Below, in pieces: positions 8,443-18,351 of a stretch of DNA of 64,000 nt. How positions within the stretch are numbered: the first letter of the stretch is position 1; each line of letters begins with the position of its first letter. Origin of the DNA: Patescibacteria group bacterium (GTDB lineage: Bacteria; Patescibacteriota; Microgenomatia; Daviesbacterales; UBA10151). A model generated the notes under the pieces. That model saw nothing but the letters and a program-made list of their open reading frames with translations. It was not told the DNA's origin and made no database searches. Location: contig CALRFD010000002.1 of NCBI GenBank assembly GCA_943356485.1, forward strand, positions 136,156 through 200,155. Reading direction: 5' to 3'. The position numbers and the translations under genes are program-made.

Positions 8443-9189
8443 ATGCCCACTTCACAAAAGTTCAGTGTAAACAATCAAAGAGGAGTCATACCTCTTATTG
8501 TAATTTTTATGGCCCTGGTGGTAATTGGTGGAGGTGCGGGTGTCATAGGTGTTAAAAGCGGATTATTAAAACTGGTTGAGGCTCCTTCTAATCCGGGATC
8601 TCCAATTGGACCATATGATCGTTTACCTCCTAAAAATACATCCGCACCTACCCCTCAACCTAATAATAAAGTTTCTTTTAACGGAGATATTCCCAAACCC
8701 TCCCTTAGCCCGCAAATTGCCCAGAAAAAAATAGATAGTAGGTGGCAAGCCTATACCAGCTCTAAATTTGGTTACTCTGTTTCCTATCCATCAGACTGGC
8801 AGCTGCTGGATGGCAATACTGATACTTCCCGCCAAATCATGGTTAAAGATAATATAAACTTAGGTTACGTTGATATTCAGGCATTTTTTGATAAAACTCT
8901 TGGAGAAGCGGGGAAATTACAAGAAGCCATTAATACCCTGGAGCAAAAATTTAGAAGTGATCCAGGTTTGAAAGTTGACAAATTTAAATCATCAGTTGAG
9001 GGCAAGGTAGGCGGATATATTACCACCGGTGAACAGACTATAAACAATGAGCAATATAATTTTGAAAATAGGGGGCTTCTTGGAACTAACGGTAAAGTCT
9101 TACTTTTCCATGGTGCATATAAAAAAACAGCTCCCACAGATTATTTGCAAAAAATTGAAAAAATAATTACCAGTTTTAAAACAGATTAA
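8443..9189 (+). CDS. membrane-anchored extracytoplasmic protein, paralog family member 1
   Basis: N-terminal TM, Pro-rich linker, shared motif SSKFGYSVSYPSDWQL and GGYITTGE with the next two paralogs. Confidence 0.45.
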   Translation: MPTSQKFSVNNQRGVIPLIVIFMALVVIGGGAGVIGVKSGLLKLVEAPSNPGSPIGPYDRLPPKNTSAPTPQPNNKVSFNGDIPKPSLSPQIAQKKIDSRWQAYTSSKFGYSVSYPSDWQLLDGNTDTSRQIMVKDNINLGYVDIQAFFDKTLGEAGKLQEAINTLEQKFRSDPGLKVDKFKSSVEGKVGGYITTGEQTINNEQYNFENRGLLGTNGKVLLFHGAYKKTAPTDYLQKIEKIITSFKTD

Positions 9190-9195
9190 TTTGAA

Positions 9196-9822
9196 ATGTA
9201 TATTTACAACAAAAAACACTTAAACCAGCAAGGCGCTATTCCACCCATGATCCTGGGTGTTATTGGCATACTTGTTATCAGTGGAATTTATTTTGCCAGC
9301 CAAAAACCAAAACCGTCCCAACCTCCCCCTGCTACAGTAAAAACCCAAACCACACCCACACCTGCTCCTGCATGGGAAACATATAAAGACAGTAAATATA
9401 ACTACGAGATAAAATATCCTAAAGACTGGGCTGTAGAAAACTTACCATCCAAAGACAGCAGTTCGATCAGGTTAGCAGATAACCAAAAAACAGCATTTGT
9501 TTTAATTGACTCAATTATTGGTCCCAGTTTAGAAAAAACAGGCGAAAAGGAAAAAGTAATTGACCTTCTGGAAGGAAAACTGAAAACAAATACTCATCTA
9601 AAGATTAACTCGTTCGCCCGGTCTAATGAAACCGGTATAGGCGGATATCTAGCAACAGGTGAAGAAACATATGACAGCAAAACTGTGCTTTTTGAAGAAA
9701 GGTTTATAGTCGCTAAAAACGGCAGGGGGTTACGTATGCATAGTATCTATGCCTCAGATTCAGCAAAAATCAATAAGCCTATTACACAAGAGATCATGGG
9801 AAGTTATAAATCAATTAAGTAA
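9196..9822 (+). CDS. membrane-anchored extracytoplasmic protein, paralog family member 2
   Basis: N-terminal TM, Pro/Thr linker, motif DSKYNYEIKYPKDWAV and GGYLATGE. Confidence 0.45.
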   Translation: MYIYNKKHLNQQGAIPPMILGVIGILVISGIYFASQKPKPSQPPPATVKTQTTPTPAPAWETYKDSKYNYEIKYPKDWAVENLPSKDSSSIRLADNQKTAFVLIDSIIGPSLEKTGEKEKVIDLLEGKLKTNTHLKINSFARSNETGIGGYLATGEETYDSKTVLFEERFIVAKNGRGLRMHSIYASDSAKINKPITQEIMGSYKSIK

Positions 9823-9837
9823 GGAGGTGAATAAAAA

Positions 9838-10092
9838 ATGGGAACAATATTAACCTGGGTTTTTAACTTTTTTCTGGGAGTCTTTGGCACAGCCCTTTTG
9901 GCATCCCAAATCTCAACCGGCAGGTCTATTGGTATGGTTGATGGTAACTTGGATATTCATTTAGGTTTACAAAATCTGGGACTGTTGCTTTTTGTAGTAT
10001 TTTTAGTTGTCTACTTTTGGGGAGCAAAAAAAACCTTAGGGAAAACAGTTGGCGGGTTATTAACTGATAAGATACTGGGAAAGAAAAAGTAA
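9838..10092 (+). CDS. small integral membrane protein
   Basis: 84 aa, two hydrophobic helices, RBS-like aaggagg 8 bp upstream. Confidence 0.35.
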   Translation: MGTILTWVFNFFLGVFGTALLASQISTGRSIGMVDGNLDIHLGLQNLGLLLFVVFLVVYFWGAKKTLGKTVGGLLTDKILGKKK

Positions 10093-10095
10093 TGC

Positions 10096-10785
10096 TTGAC
10101 AACTAATTTAATATGGAGGAATATTATATTAATGCCTAAATCTACTGCTCAACAGGGTATTATTGATCCTAAAATAATTATTGGTGGTGTGATAGCTTTA
10201 GTGGTTATCTTTTTTATTGCCACTGGCAGTTTTAAATTTAGCGCATCAATTAAAAAGCCAGATCAAACTGCTTCCTCAAATGCTACCCAAGAGAGTAGAC
10301 AAACAGAACCAGCACCACAAGCTAAACCAAAAGCTTACCAGAGTGAAAAATATGCATTTAATTTGGAGTACCCTGCAAGCTGGAGTCTAAAAGAAAATCC
10401 CAGTGCCGCATTTGTAGCGGGGTTCTTTTCGCCTGAAGAATCCAACAGCGACGGCTATAGGGAAAATTTACTGGTTAGAGTAGCTGATATTTCAAAGCAA
10501 CCTAAAATGACACTTCAGGAGGCAGCTGACCTTTGGGAAAACGATACAAAGAAAGAAGAGGGCAGCAACTTTAATGTAACAGAGCGAAAATCTTCCAGCC
10601 TGGCAGGAGAAAGCGCTAAAGACATAATATTTGATATCAAGACCAAAGAAGTTGATGGACACGGCATGATTAGAATTATTTTGAAAAATAACAAAGCCTA
10701 TATTTTCCAATTTAATGCCCTGAAAACAACCTATGATAGATACTTATCCGATATAGAAACGATACTTGCTTCTGTTAAATTCTAA
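10096..10785 (+). CDS. membrane-anchored extracytoplasmic protein, paralog family member 3
   Basis: N-terminal TM, Pro/Ala linker, motif SEKYAFNLEYPASWSL. Confidence 0.45.
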   Translation: MTTNLIWRNIILMPKSTAQQGIIDPKIIIGGVIALVVIFFIATGSFKFSASIKKPDQTASSNATQESRQTEPAPQAKPKAYQSEKYAFNLEYPASWSLKENPSAAFVAGFFSPEESNSDGYRENLLVRVADISKQPKMTLQEAADLWENDTKKEEGSNFNVTERKSSSLAGESAKDIIFDIKTKEVDGHGMIRIILKNNKAYIFQFNALKTTYDRYLSDIETILASVKF

Positions 10786-10788
10786 GCT

Positions 10789-11223
10789 GTGTCATATATT
10801 TTTCAAAACCCGCTGATCCTGGTCACTATTTTAACTATTCTACTCTCCCCTTTTATATTAAAACTGGCATCAAATCAAGGTAAAAAAACTAAACACAACC
10901 TAAAATCTTTCTTTATTATCATACTTTCTGCCCAAATTATTTTGGGATATATTGCTGGTGTAAAATTTTTCTTAGCTATATCTTTTTTGCAGGTTATTTT
11001 TTTGATTTCAAATAAATCATTTAATATTCTGGTAGTTATTTTAAATTTTATAAACTCTATTTTAATTTTTGTGGAAATGATTAAGTTAAGCAATAATCTA
11101 GGTTATCAGATTGTCAGCTTACCAGCTATTGCAGCAGTTTTTCTTGTATTGACCGGCAATGTATTAGGACTTGCATACATTAATAAAGATAAAAATTTAC
11201 TGAAAAAATATTTTAAAGCATGA
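10789..11223 (+). CDS. integral membrane protein (hypothetical)
   Basis: 144 aa, 4 predicted TM helices, no motif. Confidence 0.35.
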   Translation: MSYIFQNPLILVTILTILLSPFILKLASNQGKKTKHNLKSFFIIILSAQIILGYIAGVKFFLAISFLQVIFLISNKSFNILVVILNFINSILIFVEMIKLSNNLGYQIVSLPAIAAVFLVLTGNVLGLAYINKDKNLLKKYFKA

Positions 11224-11522
11224 AAATTATTATTTTAGTCTTTACAGCTTTGATAATTAGCGGATTTTTAATTTACAAAAATATACCTGAAATCGGTTTA
11301 ACCGGTATGAGTAAAAAACAAGCTATAGCAAACGTTAAAAAGCTTCCTGAAGTACAACAATATTTAAAAGATGTACCAAAGGGTAAAGTGGAGGTAGATA
11401 ATGAAGTTGAGGGTCAATACAATGTCCATGTTTATGAAGTTAAAAATGGCCATACCGCCACATTTAATTGGTATAGAGTCAGCATCAAGGATGGCAAGGC
11501 AGAACCACAGTTTACCCAATAA
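11220..11522 (+). CDS. PepSY-like domain membrane-anchored protein
   Basis: N-terminal TM then pattern KGKVEVDNEVEGQYNVHVYEVKNGH reminiscent of PepSY domains. Confidence 0.35.
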   Translation: MKIIILVFTALIISGFLIYKNIPEIGLTGMSKKQAIANVKKLPEVQQYLKDVPKGKVEVDNEVEGQYNVHVYEVKNGHTATFNWYRVSIKDGKAEPQFTQ

Positions 11523-11530
11523 AGATTCCA

Positions 11531-11896
11531 ATGCTCCAAAATTCTGAAGAAATAGTAGCGATATATAAAAAAATTATTGACCCGAAATTTAAAGATTGGG
11601 TTATTTTTAGACACGGAACCTGTGTAATTATCTACAAATCTCAGGGTGATTTAAAAAGTGAGGCAATCGAAACACTAAAAAAATATGGCGCTGTTTATCC
11701 TGGTTCATCTTCTGCAGATTTTACTGTGATGAAAGTTGACTCTGGTTGGATAGTAGCAGGAGATCAACCGGGTATTTTAAATTACGTATCAGAAAATGAA
11801 GGTAGCGGAAAAGAAGATTATGAAATCGGCTTGATCGGAAGAAATAAAAAAGAACAGGATAGTAATGAGCTAAAAATATTTTATACTAATTCCTAA
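11531..11896 (+). CDS. hypothetical protein
   Basis: 121-aa ORF in same-strand run; no motif. Confidence 0.3.
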   Translation: MLQNSEEIVAIYKKIIDPKFKDWVIFRHGTCVIIYKSQGDLKSEAIETLKKYGAVYPGSSSADFTVMKVDSGWIVAGDQPGILNYVSENEGSGKEDYEIGLIGRNKKEQDSNELKIFYTNS

Positions 11897-11938
11897 TTTA
11901 GCCTAATAGGCATTATTTATACTTTATCACTAAAAGCT

Positions 11939-12208
11939 CTATTTATGGACTTTGTTCCAAACATTAGCAAAAATATAACCTGCCCCATACCCTCCTACAA
12001 AAGTTATTACTACTAATATTCCAGCTTTCATCACATCAAAGCCAGTCACCTGATATGGGTTAGCTAACATATGTATGGAAAAAATAAAGTCCAAAAGGCT
12101 CTGGGCTAAACCTGCTGCTACTAAAACAGACCAAACAAGATGCCATCCACCCAGCAGCACACCCAAAGTTAGCGCCACTTTACTTGAGTTTAATTTCATT
12201 CTATTCAC
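11939..12208 (-). CDS. small membrane protein (hypothetical)
   Basis: 89 aa, 3 hydrophobic helices. Confidence 0.3.
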   Translation of the reverse strand: MNRMKLNSSKVALTLGVLLGGWHLVWSVLVAAGLAQSLLDFIFSIHMLANPYQVTGFDVMKAGILVVITFVGGYGAGYIFANVWNKVHK

Positions 12209-12280
12209 CTCCTCCCACTTTCAGTATACCATCTTAATCCATTCACTTCTCAAAACTTTTTTGATATAATAATTTTTATT

Positions 12281-12679
12281 ATGAAAAGCAGTCCTGTTGT
12301 CCACTTTGAAATGCCAGCCAAAGACAGAAAAAGAACTTCTGAATTTTACTCCAAAGTTTTCGGTTGGACTATGCAGCAAATGGGGTCGGAAATGGGAAAT
12401 TATTTAATAGCCCAAACAACAGACACAGATCAGCAGGGAATGGTTCAAACTAAAGGCGCCATCAATGGCGGATTTTTTGACTTTAAAGATGAAGACGGTT
12501 TCCGGGTTCCCCATGTAGTTATTTCTGTAGAAGATATAGCCAAAAGCATCGAAGATGTTAAATCCTCCGGCGGCCAGATTAGTGGAGAAATTATGGATAT
12601 TCCGGGAGTGGGAAAATATATCTCATTCAAAGATTCTGAAGATAATATTGTTGGAATGCTTCAGCCAGCCCAGATGTAA
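12281..12679 (+). CDS. VOC/glyoxalase-bleomycin resistance family protein
   Basis: ~130 aa, N-terminal VHFEMPAKDRKRTSEFYSKVFGW typical of VOC (glyoxalase I-like) fold. Confidence 0.6.
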   Translation: MKSSPVVHFEMPAKDRKRTSEFYSKVFGWTMQQMGSEMGNYLIAQTTDTDQQGMVQTKGAINGGFFDFKDEDGFRVPHVVISVEDIAKSIEDVKSSGGQISGEIMDIPGVGKYISFKDSEDNIVGMLQPAQM

Positions 12680-12804
12680 GCTATAGAAAAGGCAAATATT
12701 AGAACTTTTGAGGAATATATTCGGCATTAACCGTTAACCAAACTCTCATTATATTCTCGGCAGAATTGCAAAAAATGGCAATGGCTTTAAAATTCTTTTG
12801 AATT

Positions 12805-13053
12805 TTAAAATTTTAACAACTCAAGGGCTTTAAAAACTAAAAGTGCCGGCCAAGCTAGAGCTTTAATAATACCTACAATTGCATCCTGAAAATTAGTTAA
12901 ATGAGGAAGAAAATAAAATAACGCTCCTATTACCCCCAATCCATAAATATGTCCACTGCTGCCTCTATTCCAAGGCTTTGCATATTTCCACCATCTTTTA
13001 TCTCCATTATTGCAGTCACATTCACAATTCTTATCCATATTATTTTCTTTCAA
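12805..13053 (-). CDS. small Cys-rich membrane protein (hypothetical)
   Basis: 82 aa; CECDC N-terminal cluster then two hydrophobic helices. Confidence 0.3.
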   Translation of the reverse strand: MKENNMDKNCECDCNNGDKRWWKYAKPWNRGSSGHIYGLGVIGALFYFLPHLTNFQDAIVGIIKALAWPALLVFKALELLKF

Positions 13054-13276
13054 CTGTAATCGTACATTCAGTAACTAAAGCTGCTATCGCTCCTACCGCT
13101 GCTAAAACTGGAGCCAATACTGCTCCCACAACCCCAATAGTTAAAGGAACAACTATTATCTCTTTTCCGCCTTTATCCTTTATGGTAATTTTTCTAATAT
13201 TTCCTTCTTTTATTAACTCTTTAACTTTTTTAAGTAAGTTCTCTCCGTCAACTTTAAAAGATTCTTCTTTTGCCAT
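13040..13276 (-). CDS. DUF4342-like small protein
   Basis: 78 aa; pattern KELIKEGNIRKITIKDKGGKEIIVVPLTIGVVGAVLAPVLAAVGAIAALVTECTITVERK recalls DUF4342 family. Confidence 0.4.
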   Translation of the reverse strand: MAKEESFKVDGENLLKKVKELIKEGNIRKITIKDKGGKEIIVVPLTIGVVGAVLAPVLAAVGAIAALVTECTITVERK

Positions 13277-13338
13277 ATATTTATCTTCTCTAAATAAATT
13301 TTACACTGGGAATACTCTAAAGCGCAAGCTGTTATTGT

Positions 13339-14799
13339 TCATATTTGCGAAACCCTCTCAAGCAGATCTTCTGACCAAATATCAAAGTAATTTTCAGGTA
13401 ATATCAACGCCCTGCTTGGCTTAAGCTCGGAAATAAAATCTTCTGTGTGGGAAACAATCAGTACTGCCCCTTTGTAATCTTTTAAAACCTGTAAAATAAT
13501 ACTTTGAGACATTACATCTAAATATGTAGTCGGCTCGTCTAATATTAAAAGGTTATAATCCGAAAGCAGCAATAAGGCAATCGATAACCTGGTTTTTTCA
13601 CCTCCGGATAAAGTTCCAATCTCTTGCCCTACCTTACTGGCTGGAAATAAAAACCGAGCCAGTACCGGACGGGCAACCGCTTCAGATACACCTCCTGACT
13701 CCATCGCTGTTTGTAAAAGCGTCTTTCTAAAATCTAAATTTTCAAACTCCTGCGAATAGTAACCTACCTTTAACTGATAGTCTCTTTGTACTTCACCCGT
13801 ATCAGGGCTTAGAAGTCCCATCAATATTTTTATAAAAGTACTTTTCCCAACTCCATTAGGACCAATCAAAGCCACACATTCCCCCCGTTCTATACTTAAA
13901 TTAATACCATCTAAAACTTTTTTATCTCCGTAAGATTTTGAGATATTAACTGCCCGAAGAGGCAGACCACCAACATTAGCCGGATCAGGCAGTTTAAAAT
14001 TTATCGCCCTTACCTCAGGCGGCAAATCCGGCAATTTTTCCTTTAACCGGCTAACCCTTCTTTGCAGGATTACTCTCTGTCTTACTCCGACCTTTTTAGC
14101 GCTTTCTTCCAACCTGCTTATATTCCGCTGCTCTAAAGAAACCTGTTTTTTAAGTAATGCTTCCCTCTCCTCCCTTTGTTCTAGCGCCTCTGTATAATTT
14201 CCTTTGTATTCCTCAATCTTCCCTAAATGGGCATCTACAAATAATATCTTATCAATATGTTTATCTAAAAGTTCCAAATCATGCGAGATTAAAATCAGAG
14301 TTTTTGGATAGTTTGCTAAAAAACCCATTACCCATTTTTTGCCTTCGTAATCTAAAAAATTAGTTGGTTCATCTAAAAGTAAAATATCCGGTTCAGATAA
14401 AAGTGCCCTGGCCAATGCTAACCTGGTTTTTTGTCCTCCGCTTAAAGCAGCTGGGCTATCTTCCAAACTAATATCAGAAAGTTCAACCCCGGAAATCATC
14501 TTATGCAACTCAAAATCATGCTTTGAATGCTCAGGATTAAGATATTCCCGGATTGTATTACAGCCCTCCATAACCGGATCATGCTTCACTTCTTGTGGCA
14601 CAACTCCAACGCTTCCAATAACTTCAATTTTCCCCGCATTTGGAACTTCCATCTTGCAAAGAATTTTAAGTAAGGTACTCTTACCAGCTCCATTTGGCCC
14701 AATTAGACCAACCTTAGCATTATCCATGATTGAAAAACTAACATCATCAAAGATTAAACGCGAGCTATGTGAAAATGATAAGTTCTGTACGGAAATCAT
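13339..14799 (-). CDS. ABC-F family ATPase (tandem ABC domains, no TM; translation factor-type)
   Basis: Two Walker A (GPNGAGKST, GPNGVGKST) and two ABC signatures (LSGGQKTRLALARAL, LSGGEKTRLSIALLL) with inter-domain linker; no membrane domain. Confidence 0.9.
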   Translation of the reverse strand: MISVQNLSFSHSSRLIFDDVSFSIMDNAKVGLIGPNGAGKSTLLKILCKMEVPNAGKIEVIGSVGVVPQEVKHDPVMEGCNTIREYLNPEHSKHDFELHKMISGVELSDISLEDSPAALSGGQKTRLALARALLSEPDILLLDEPTNFLDYEGKKWVMGFLANYPKTLILISHDLELLDKHIDKILFVDAHLGKIEEYKGNYTEALEQREEREALLKKQVSLEQRNISRLEESAKKVGVRQRVILQRRVSRLKEKLPDLPPEVRAINFKLPDPANVGGLPLRAVNISKSYGDKKVLDGINLSIERGECVALIGPNGVGKSTFIKILMGLLSPDTGEVQRDYQLKVGYYSQEFENLDFRKTLLQTAMESGGVSEAVARPVLARFLFPASKVGQEIGTLSGGEKTRLSIALLLLSDYNLLILDEPTTYLDVMSQSIILQVLKDYKGAVLIVSHTEDFISELKPSRALILPENYFDIWSEDLLERVSQI

Positions 14800-14901
14800 C
14801 TCTTTATTTTAACAAGCCTGTATTGTACACCTACAAGCACCTCCTCTCCAATCCTTAAACTAACTCTTCATAAAAATAACTAACTAAAGTAGAATATTTT
14901 T

Positions 14902-15288
14902 ATGTATAACAAATTGACCTCTCAGGAAGCAGATATTATTGAAAACAAGGGTACTGAAGCTCCTTTTTCCGGAGAATATGATGATTTTTATGAAGACGGG
15001 GTCTTTATCTGCAAAAAATGCAACACTCCCCTTTTCGGATCAGAGGCTAAGTTTGACGCCGGATGCGGCTGGCCGGCATTTGATGAAGCATATCCTGATG
15101 CCCTTTTACGGATTCCTGATTCTGATGGCAAGAGGACAGAGATCCAATGTGCTAATTGTGGCGCACATTTAGGACACGAATTTGTGGGTGAGCATCTAAG
15201 TGAAAAAAATACCCGACACTGTGTTAACTCTCTGTCAATTAAATTTATTCCAAAAAGTCAAAAAATGCCGGAAGCTTTGAGTGAATGA
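14902..15288 (+). CDS. msrB: peptide-methionine (R)-S-oxide reductase MsrB
   Basis: SelR motifs CGWPAF and RTEIQCANCGAHLGHEF; two CxxC pairs. Confidence 0.9.
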   Translation: MYNKLTSQEADIIENKGTEAPFSGEYDDFYEDGVFICKKCNTPLFGSEAKFDAGCGWPAFDEAYPDALLRIPDSDGKRTEIQCANCGAHLGHEFVGEHLSEKNTRHCVNSLSIKFIPKSQKMPEALSE

Positions 15289-15298
15289 AAAATTAATT

Positions 15299-16771
15299 TT
15301 AATAATCTCTTAGCTCTGTTGAATTATCAGTATGCCTTAATTTATTTAAAGCCTTAGCCTCAATCTGTCTAATCCTCTCTCTGGTAACCCCCATTTCTTT
15401 ACCAACCTCTTCCAAAGTTCTTGATTGACCGTCTTCTAAACCAAATCTTAGCTGAAGAACTCTTCTCTCCCTGAAGGTTAATAAGGCTAGCATCTCTTCA
15501 ATCTGCTCTTTCCGATCCGTTATAGCAGTTTCTGGCTCATTCTCGCTTGGTCCGGCAACTGTATCTCCTACTTCTCTATCCTCATCTGTATCACTGGTTA
15601 CATGAGCTTCTAAAGACACCGGCTGTTGGGCATTTATCTTCATAGACAAGGCTTTCGTTACGCTTATTTCCATTTCTGCTGCAACTTCTTCTATAGTTGG
15701 CTCCCGACCATTTACCTGGGTAAGTTGACGGGTCACCTTCGTCATTTTATTTAACGCTTCTACCTGATGAACAGGCATGCGGACAACTCTTGCCTGATCA
15801 GCAATCGCCCTTGTTATAGCTTGTCTAATCCACCAGGTGGCATATGTTGAGAATTTATACCCTTTACGGTATTCAAACTTTTCCGAGGCTTTCATCAAAC
15901 CTATATTTCCCTCATCTATCATATCCAATAAATGAAGACCTCTCCCTATATGTTTTTTGGCTATACTGACTACCAAACGCAAGTTCGCTTCAGTGAGTTG
16001 ATCCTTAGATGACTTGAGCATTGCTTCTTTTTCCTGAAAATAATCATTTATTGCTGCTTCTTTTCCAAGAGCTAAAAGAGCTATATCCTGACCCATCAGC
16101 CAATTAACACCCTGACCGCCACCAACTAACCCTCTTTCTAAAACCTCACCTAAGATATTATTTGCAACAGAAACTTCAAGAAAAATCTGAGCCTGATCAT
16201 CAAATGATCTGTGTGTAAGCCCGGCAATTTTTGTGATCAAATCTGGATCCATCTCAACATTGATTATGTTTTTAACTTGAGGTGTTTCTATAATTTGACC
16301 TATGCTAAATTTATTTTCCGGAATAATTTCATTTGCCAATATCCTAAGATCTGCTTCACCTTCATTTATAATCTTGATCATTTCAGAGATTAAAGCAACT
16401 GGCTTGGATTTACTCTTATCTTCCTTCGTTAATCTTTGTTCCAAGTATGTTAAAAATTCCCCTTCTTCAATCTGTTTGGAAAATCTTCTTTCGTCTGCAG
16501 GTTTAAGCAAATCAATTTTCCCAATTTCATTAAGGTAAGCTCTAACAGGATCATCTAGTGCAATTTGTTCATCGTCCGAAAAATCAGAGAGAGCATCTAC
16601 TTCTTCATTAGCTATGAATTCCGGTTTTACTTCTTCTGAATCTATTTCTCTGCCAAAACTATATTCCTTCATAGTAGAAACCCCTCCGGTTTCCACCGGT
16701 AAAGCTTTATTTATTCCACTACCATTTCTTCTCTCGGGACTTGCCATTAAGGCCAGATTGTAAATAATCAA
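15299..16771 (-). CDS. rpoD: RNA polymerase primary sigma factor (sigma-70 / RpoD)
   Basis: Region 2 [46 protein letters not shown] and region 4 [24 protein letters not shown]. Confidence 0.9.
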   Translation of the reverse strand: MIIYNLALMASPERRNGSGINKALPVETGGVSTMKEYSFGREIDSEEVKPEFIANEEVDALSDFSDDEQIALDDPVRAYLNEIGKIDLLKPADERRFSKQIEEGEFLTYLEQRLTKEDKSKSKPVALISEMIKIINEGEADLRILANEIIPENKFSIGQIIETPQVKNIINVEMDPDLITKIAGLTHRSFDDQAQIFLEVSVANNILGEVLERGLVGGGQGVNWLMGQDIALLALGKEAAINDYFQEKEAMLKSSKDQLTEANLRLVVSIAKKHIGRGLHLLDMIDEGNIGLMKASEKFEYRKGYKFSTYATWWIRQAITRAIADQARVVRMPVHQVEALNKMTKVTRQLTQVNGREPTIEEVAAEMEISVTKALSMKINAQQPVSLEAHVTSDTDEDREVGDTVAGPSENEPETAITDRKEQIEEMLALLTFRERRVLQLRFGLEDGQSRTLEEVGKEMGVTRERIRQIEAKALNKLRHTDNSTELRDY

Positions 16772-16806
16772 ATTGAACTTGTCAACAAAAAGAGTCAGCT
16801 TATAAA

Positions 16807-18255
16807 TTAGAAGTCATTCCAGAGTACCTGATTTGTAACTTCGTGGTGGTATAAAATTTCAGAAGACTTAACTTTAGTCCCTAAAGCTTTAGGAGATTTA
16901 TCTGCTGCCAATTGTTTAAATGAGGAATATTTTTCCTTATTCTGTTCACCTATTATCTGAGTTATAAAATCACTGGCTTTAAAAAGTCTAATTGCATCAT
17001 AGATATTGTCAGGTAAAAATCTTGATCTTTCTCTTTTCTCTGCATCCTTTTCTGACTTCACCCCTTCTATTCCAACCTTTAAGATTGTAAATAAAACTAA
17101 GTATGGATTACTGTCAGGGGCAACTGATCGGATTTCAATCCTGGATGTTTTCTCATTTCCAATCGGAATCCTGATCATTGAACCCCTATCAATAGGTGAA
17201 ACTTTTATCTGATTAGGCGCCTCAAAGTGAGGATCAAGCCTTCTATAGCTGTTTACCGAAGAGTTTAATATTAAACAGATCTCTGAGGCATGATTTAATA
17301 ATTTGTTTATAAACTCCCAGGCTAGATCAGATAAACCGTCCTGACCTTTAGCATCATAAAAAATATTTTTATTTCCTTTGCCGATAGAAAAATTCGTATG
17401 CATACCTGATCCATTTATTCCCATTAATGGCTTTGGCAAAAAAGTTGCAGTCATACCTAGATTTCTTGCAACTTGTCTGCAAACTAATTTATAAAGTTGG
17501 ATATTATCCGATGCTCTAACTGCTTCTGAATATGAAAAATTCATTTCAAATTGGGAAGGGGCAACTTCAGGATGGTCTTTTTCATTTCTAAAACCCATTG
17601 CCCTTTGTGCCTCAGCCGCCTTATCAATAAAGATCCTTAATTTATCCATTGGCAGAGAATGATAATAACCACCAGTGGAGATTAATTTAAACCCATTATT
17701 GGTAATATAATCCTGTTCTGCATTTACTCCATCAACTAAAAATCCTTCAATTTCAGCAGAGGCAAATGCAGTTAAGCCTTTTTTCTTTTTCAAACTCTCA
17801 GAATACAATTTAAGTTGAGACCTGAAATCAGATTCATAAGGAGTTCTGTCTCTGTTTAAAACCGAAGCAAAAAAGATTACTTTTCCGCTTCCAAAAACGT
17901 CTGATGGTAGATATCTTATTGAAGTCCAATCAACATCCAACCTTAAATCAGATTCTGACTGCGCAGAAAAACCCCTGATAGATGAGCCGTCAAAAGTTAA
18001 ATTTGTCAGGGAATCCAAGAAAAACTTTTTATCATAATCAAGCATATGAAACCTACCTTCAATATCGGTAAAACAAAGAGTTACAGCTTTAATTCTTTTT
18101 TCTTTTGTTAAATATGCCCGGTACTCTTTCTCTAATTCTTTTAAATCTAGACTTTCGGATTTTTCTTTAGCTTTAAGGTTTAGCTCTTCAAGTTGATCGT
18201 AGGGTACTTCCAGAAAATTCTTAAGATAGTTATCACTTGAATTATTGTTATTCAT
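16807..18255 (-). CDS. glnA: glutamine synthetase family protein (GlnA-like)
   Basis: GS catalytic-domain signature [10 protein letters not shown] and N-terminal beta-grasp region ([13 protein letters not shown]); 482 aa. Confidence 0.75.
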   Translation of the reverse strand: MNNNNSSDNYLKNFLEVPYDQLEELNLKAKEKSESLDLKELEKEYRAYLTKEKRIKAVTLCFTDIEGRFHMLDYDKKFFLDSLTNLTFDGSSIRGFSAQSESDLRLDVDWTSIRYLPSDVFGSGKVIFFASVLNRDRTPYESDFRSQLKLYSESLKKKKGLTAFASAEIEGFLVDGVNAEQDYITNNGFKLISTGGYYHSLPMDKLRIFIDKAAEAQRAMGFRNEKDHPEVAPSQFEMNFSYSEAVRASDNIQLYKLVCRQVARNLGMTATFLPKPLMGINGSGMHTNFSIGKGNKNIFYDAKGQDGLSDLAWEFINKLLNHASEICLILNSSVNSYRRLDPHFEAPNQIKVSPIDRGSMIRIPIGNEKTSRIEIRSVAPDSNPYLVLFTILKVGIEGVKSEKDAEKRERSRFLPDNIYDAIRLFKASDFITQIIGEQNKEKYSSFKQLAADKSPKALGTKVKSSEILYHHEVTNQVLWNDF

Positions 18256-18351
18256 TAATAAATTAGTATAATTTATTTAATACTAAGACTAATTTAACAA
18301 TAATTAATTTTGTTGTCAATATAGTAAATTATATTAGGTTAAAAGAATAAC

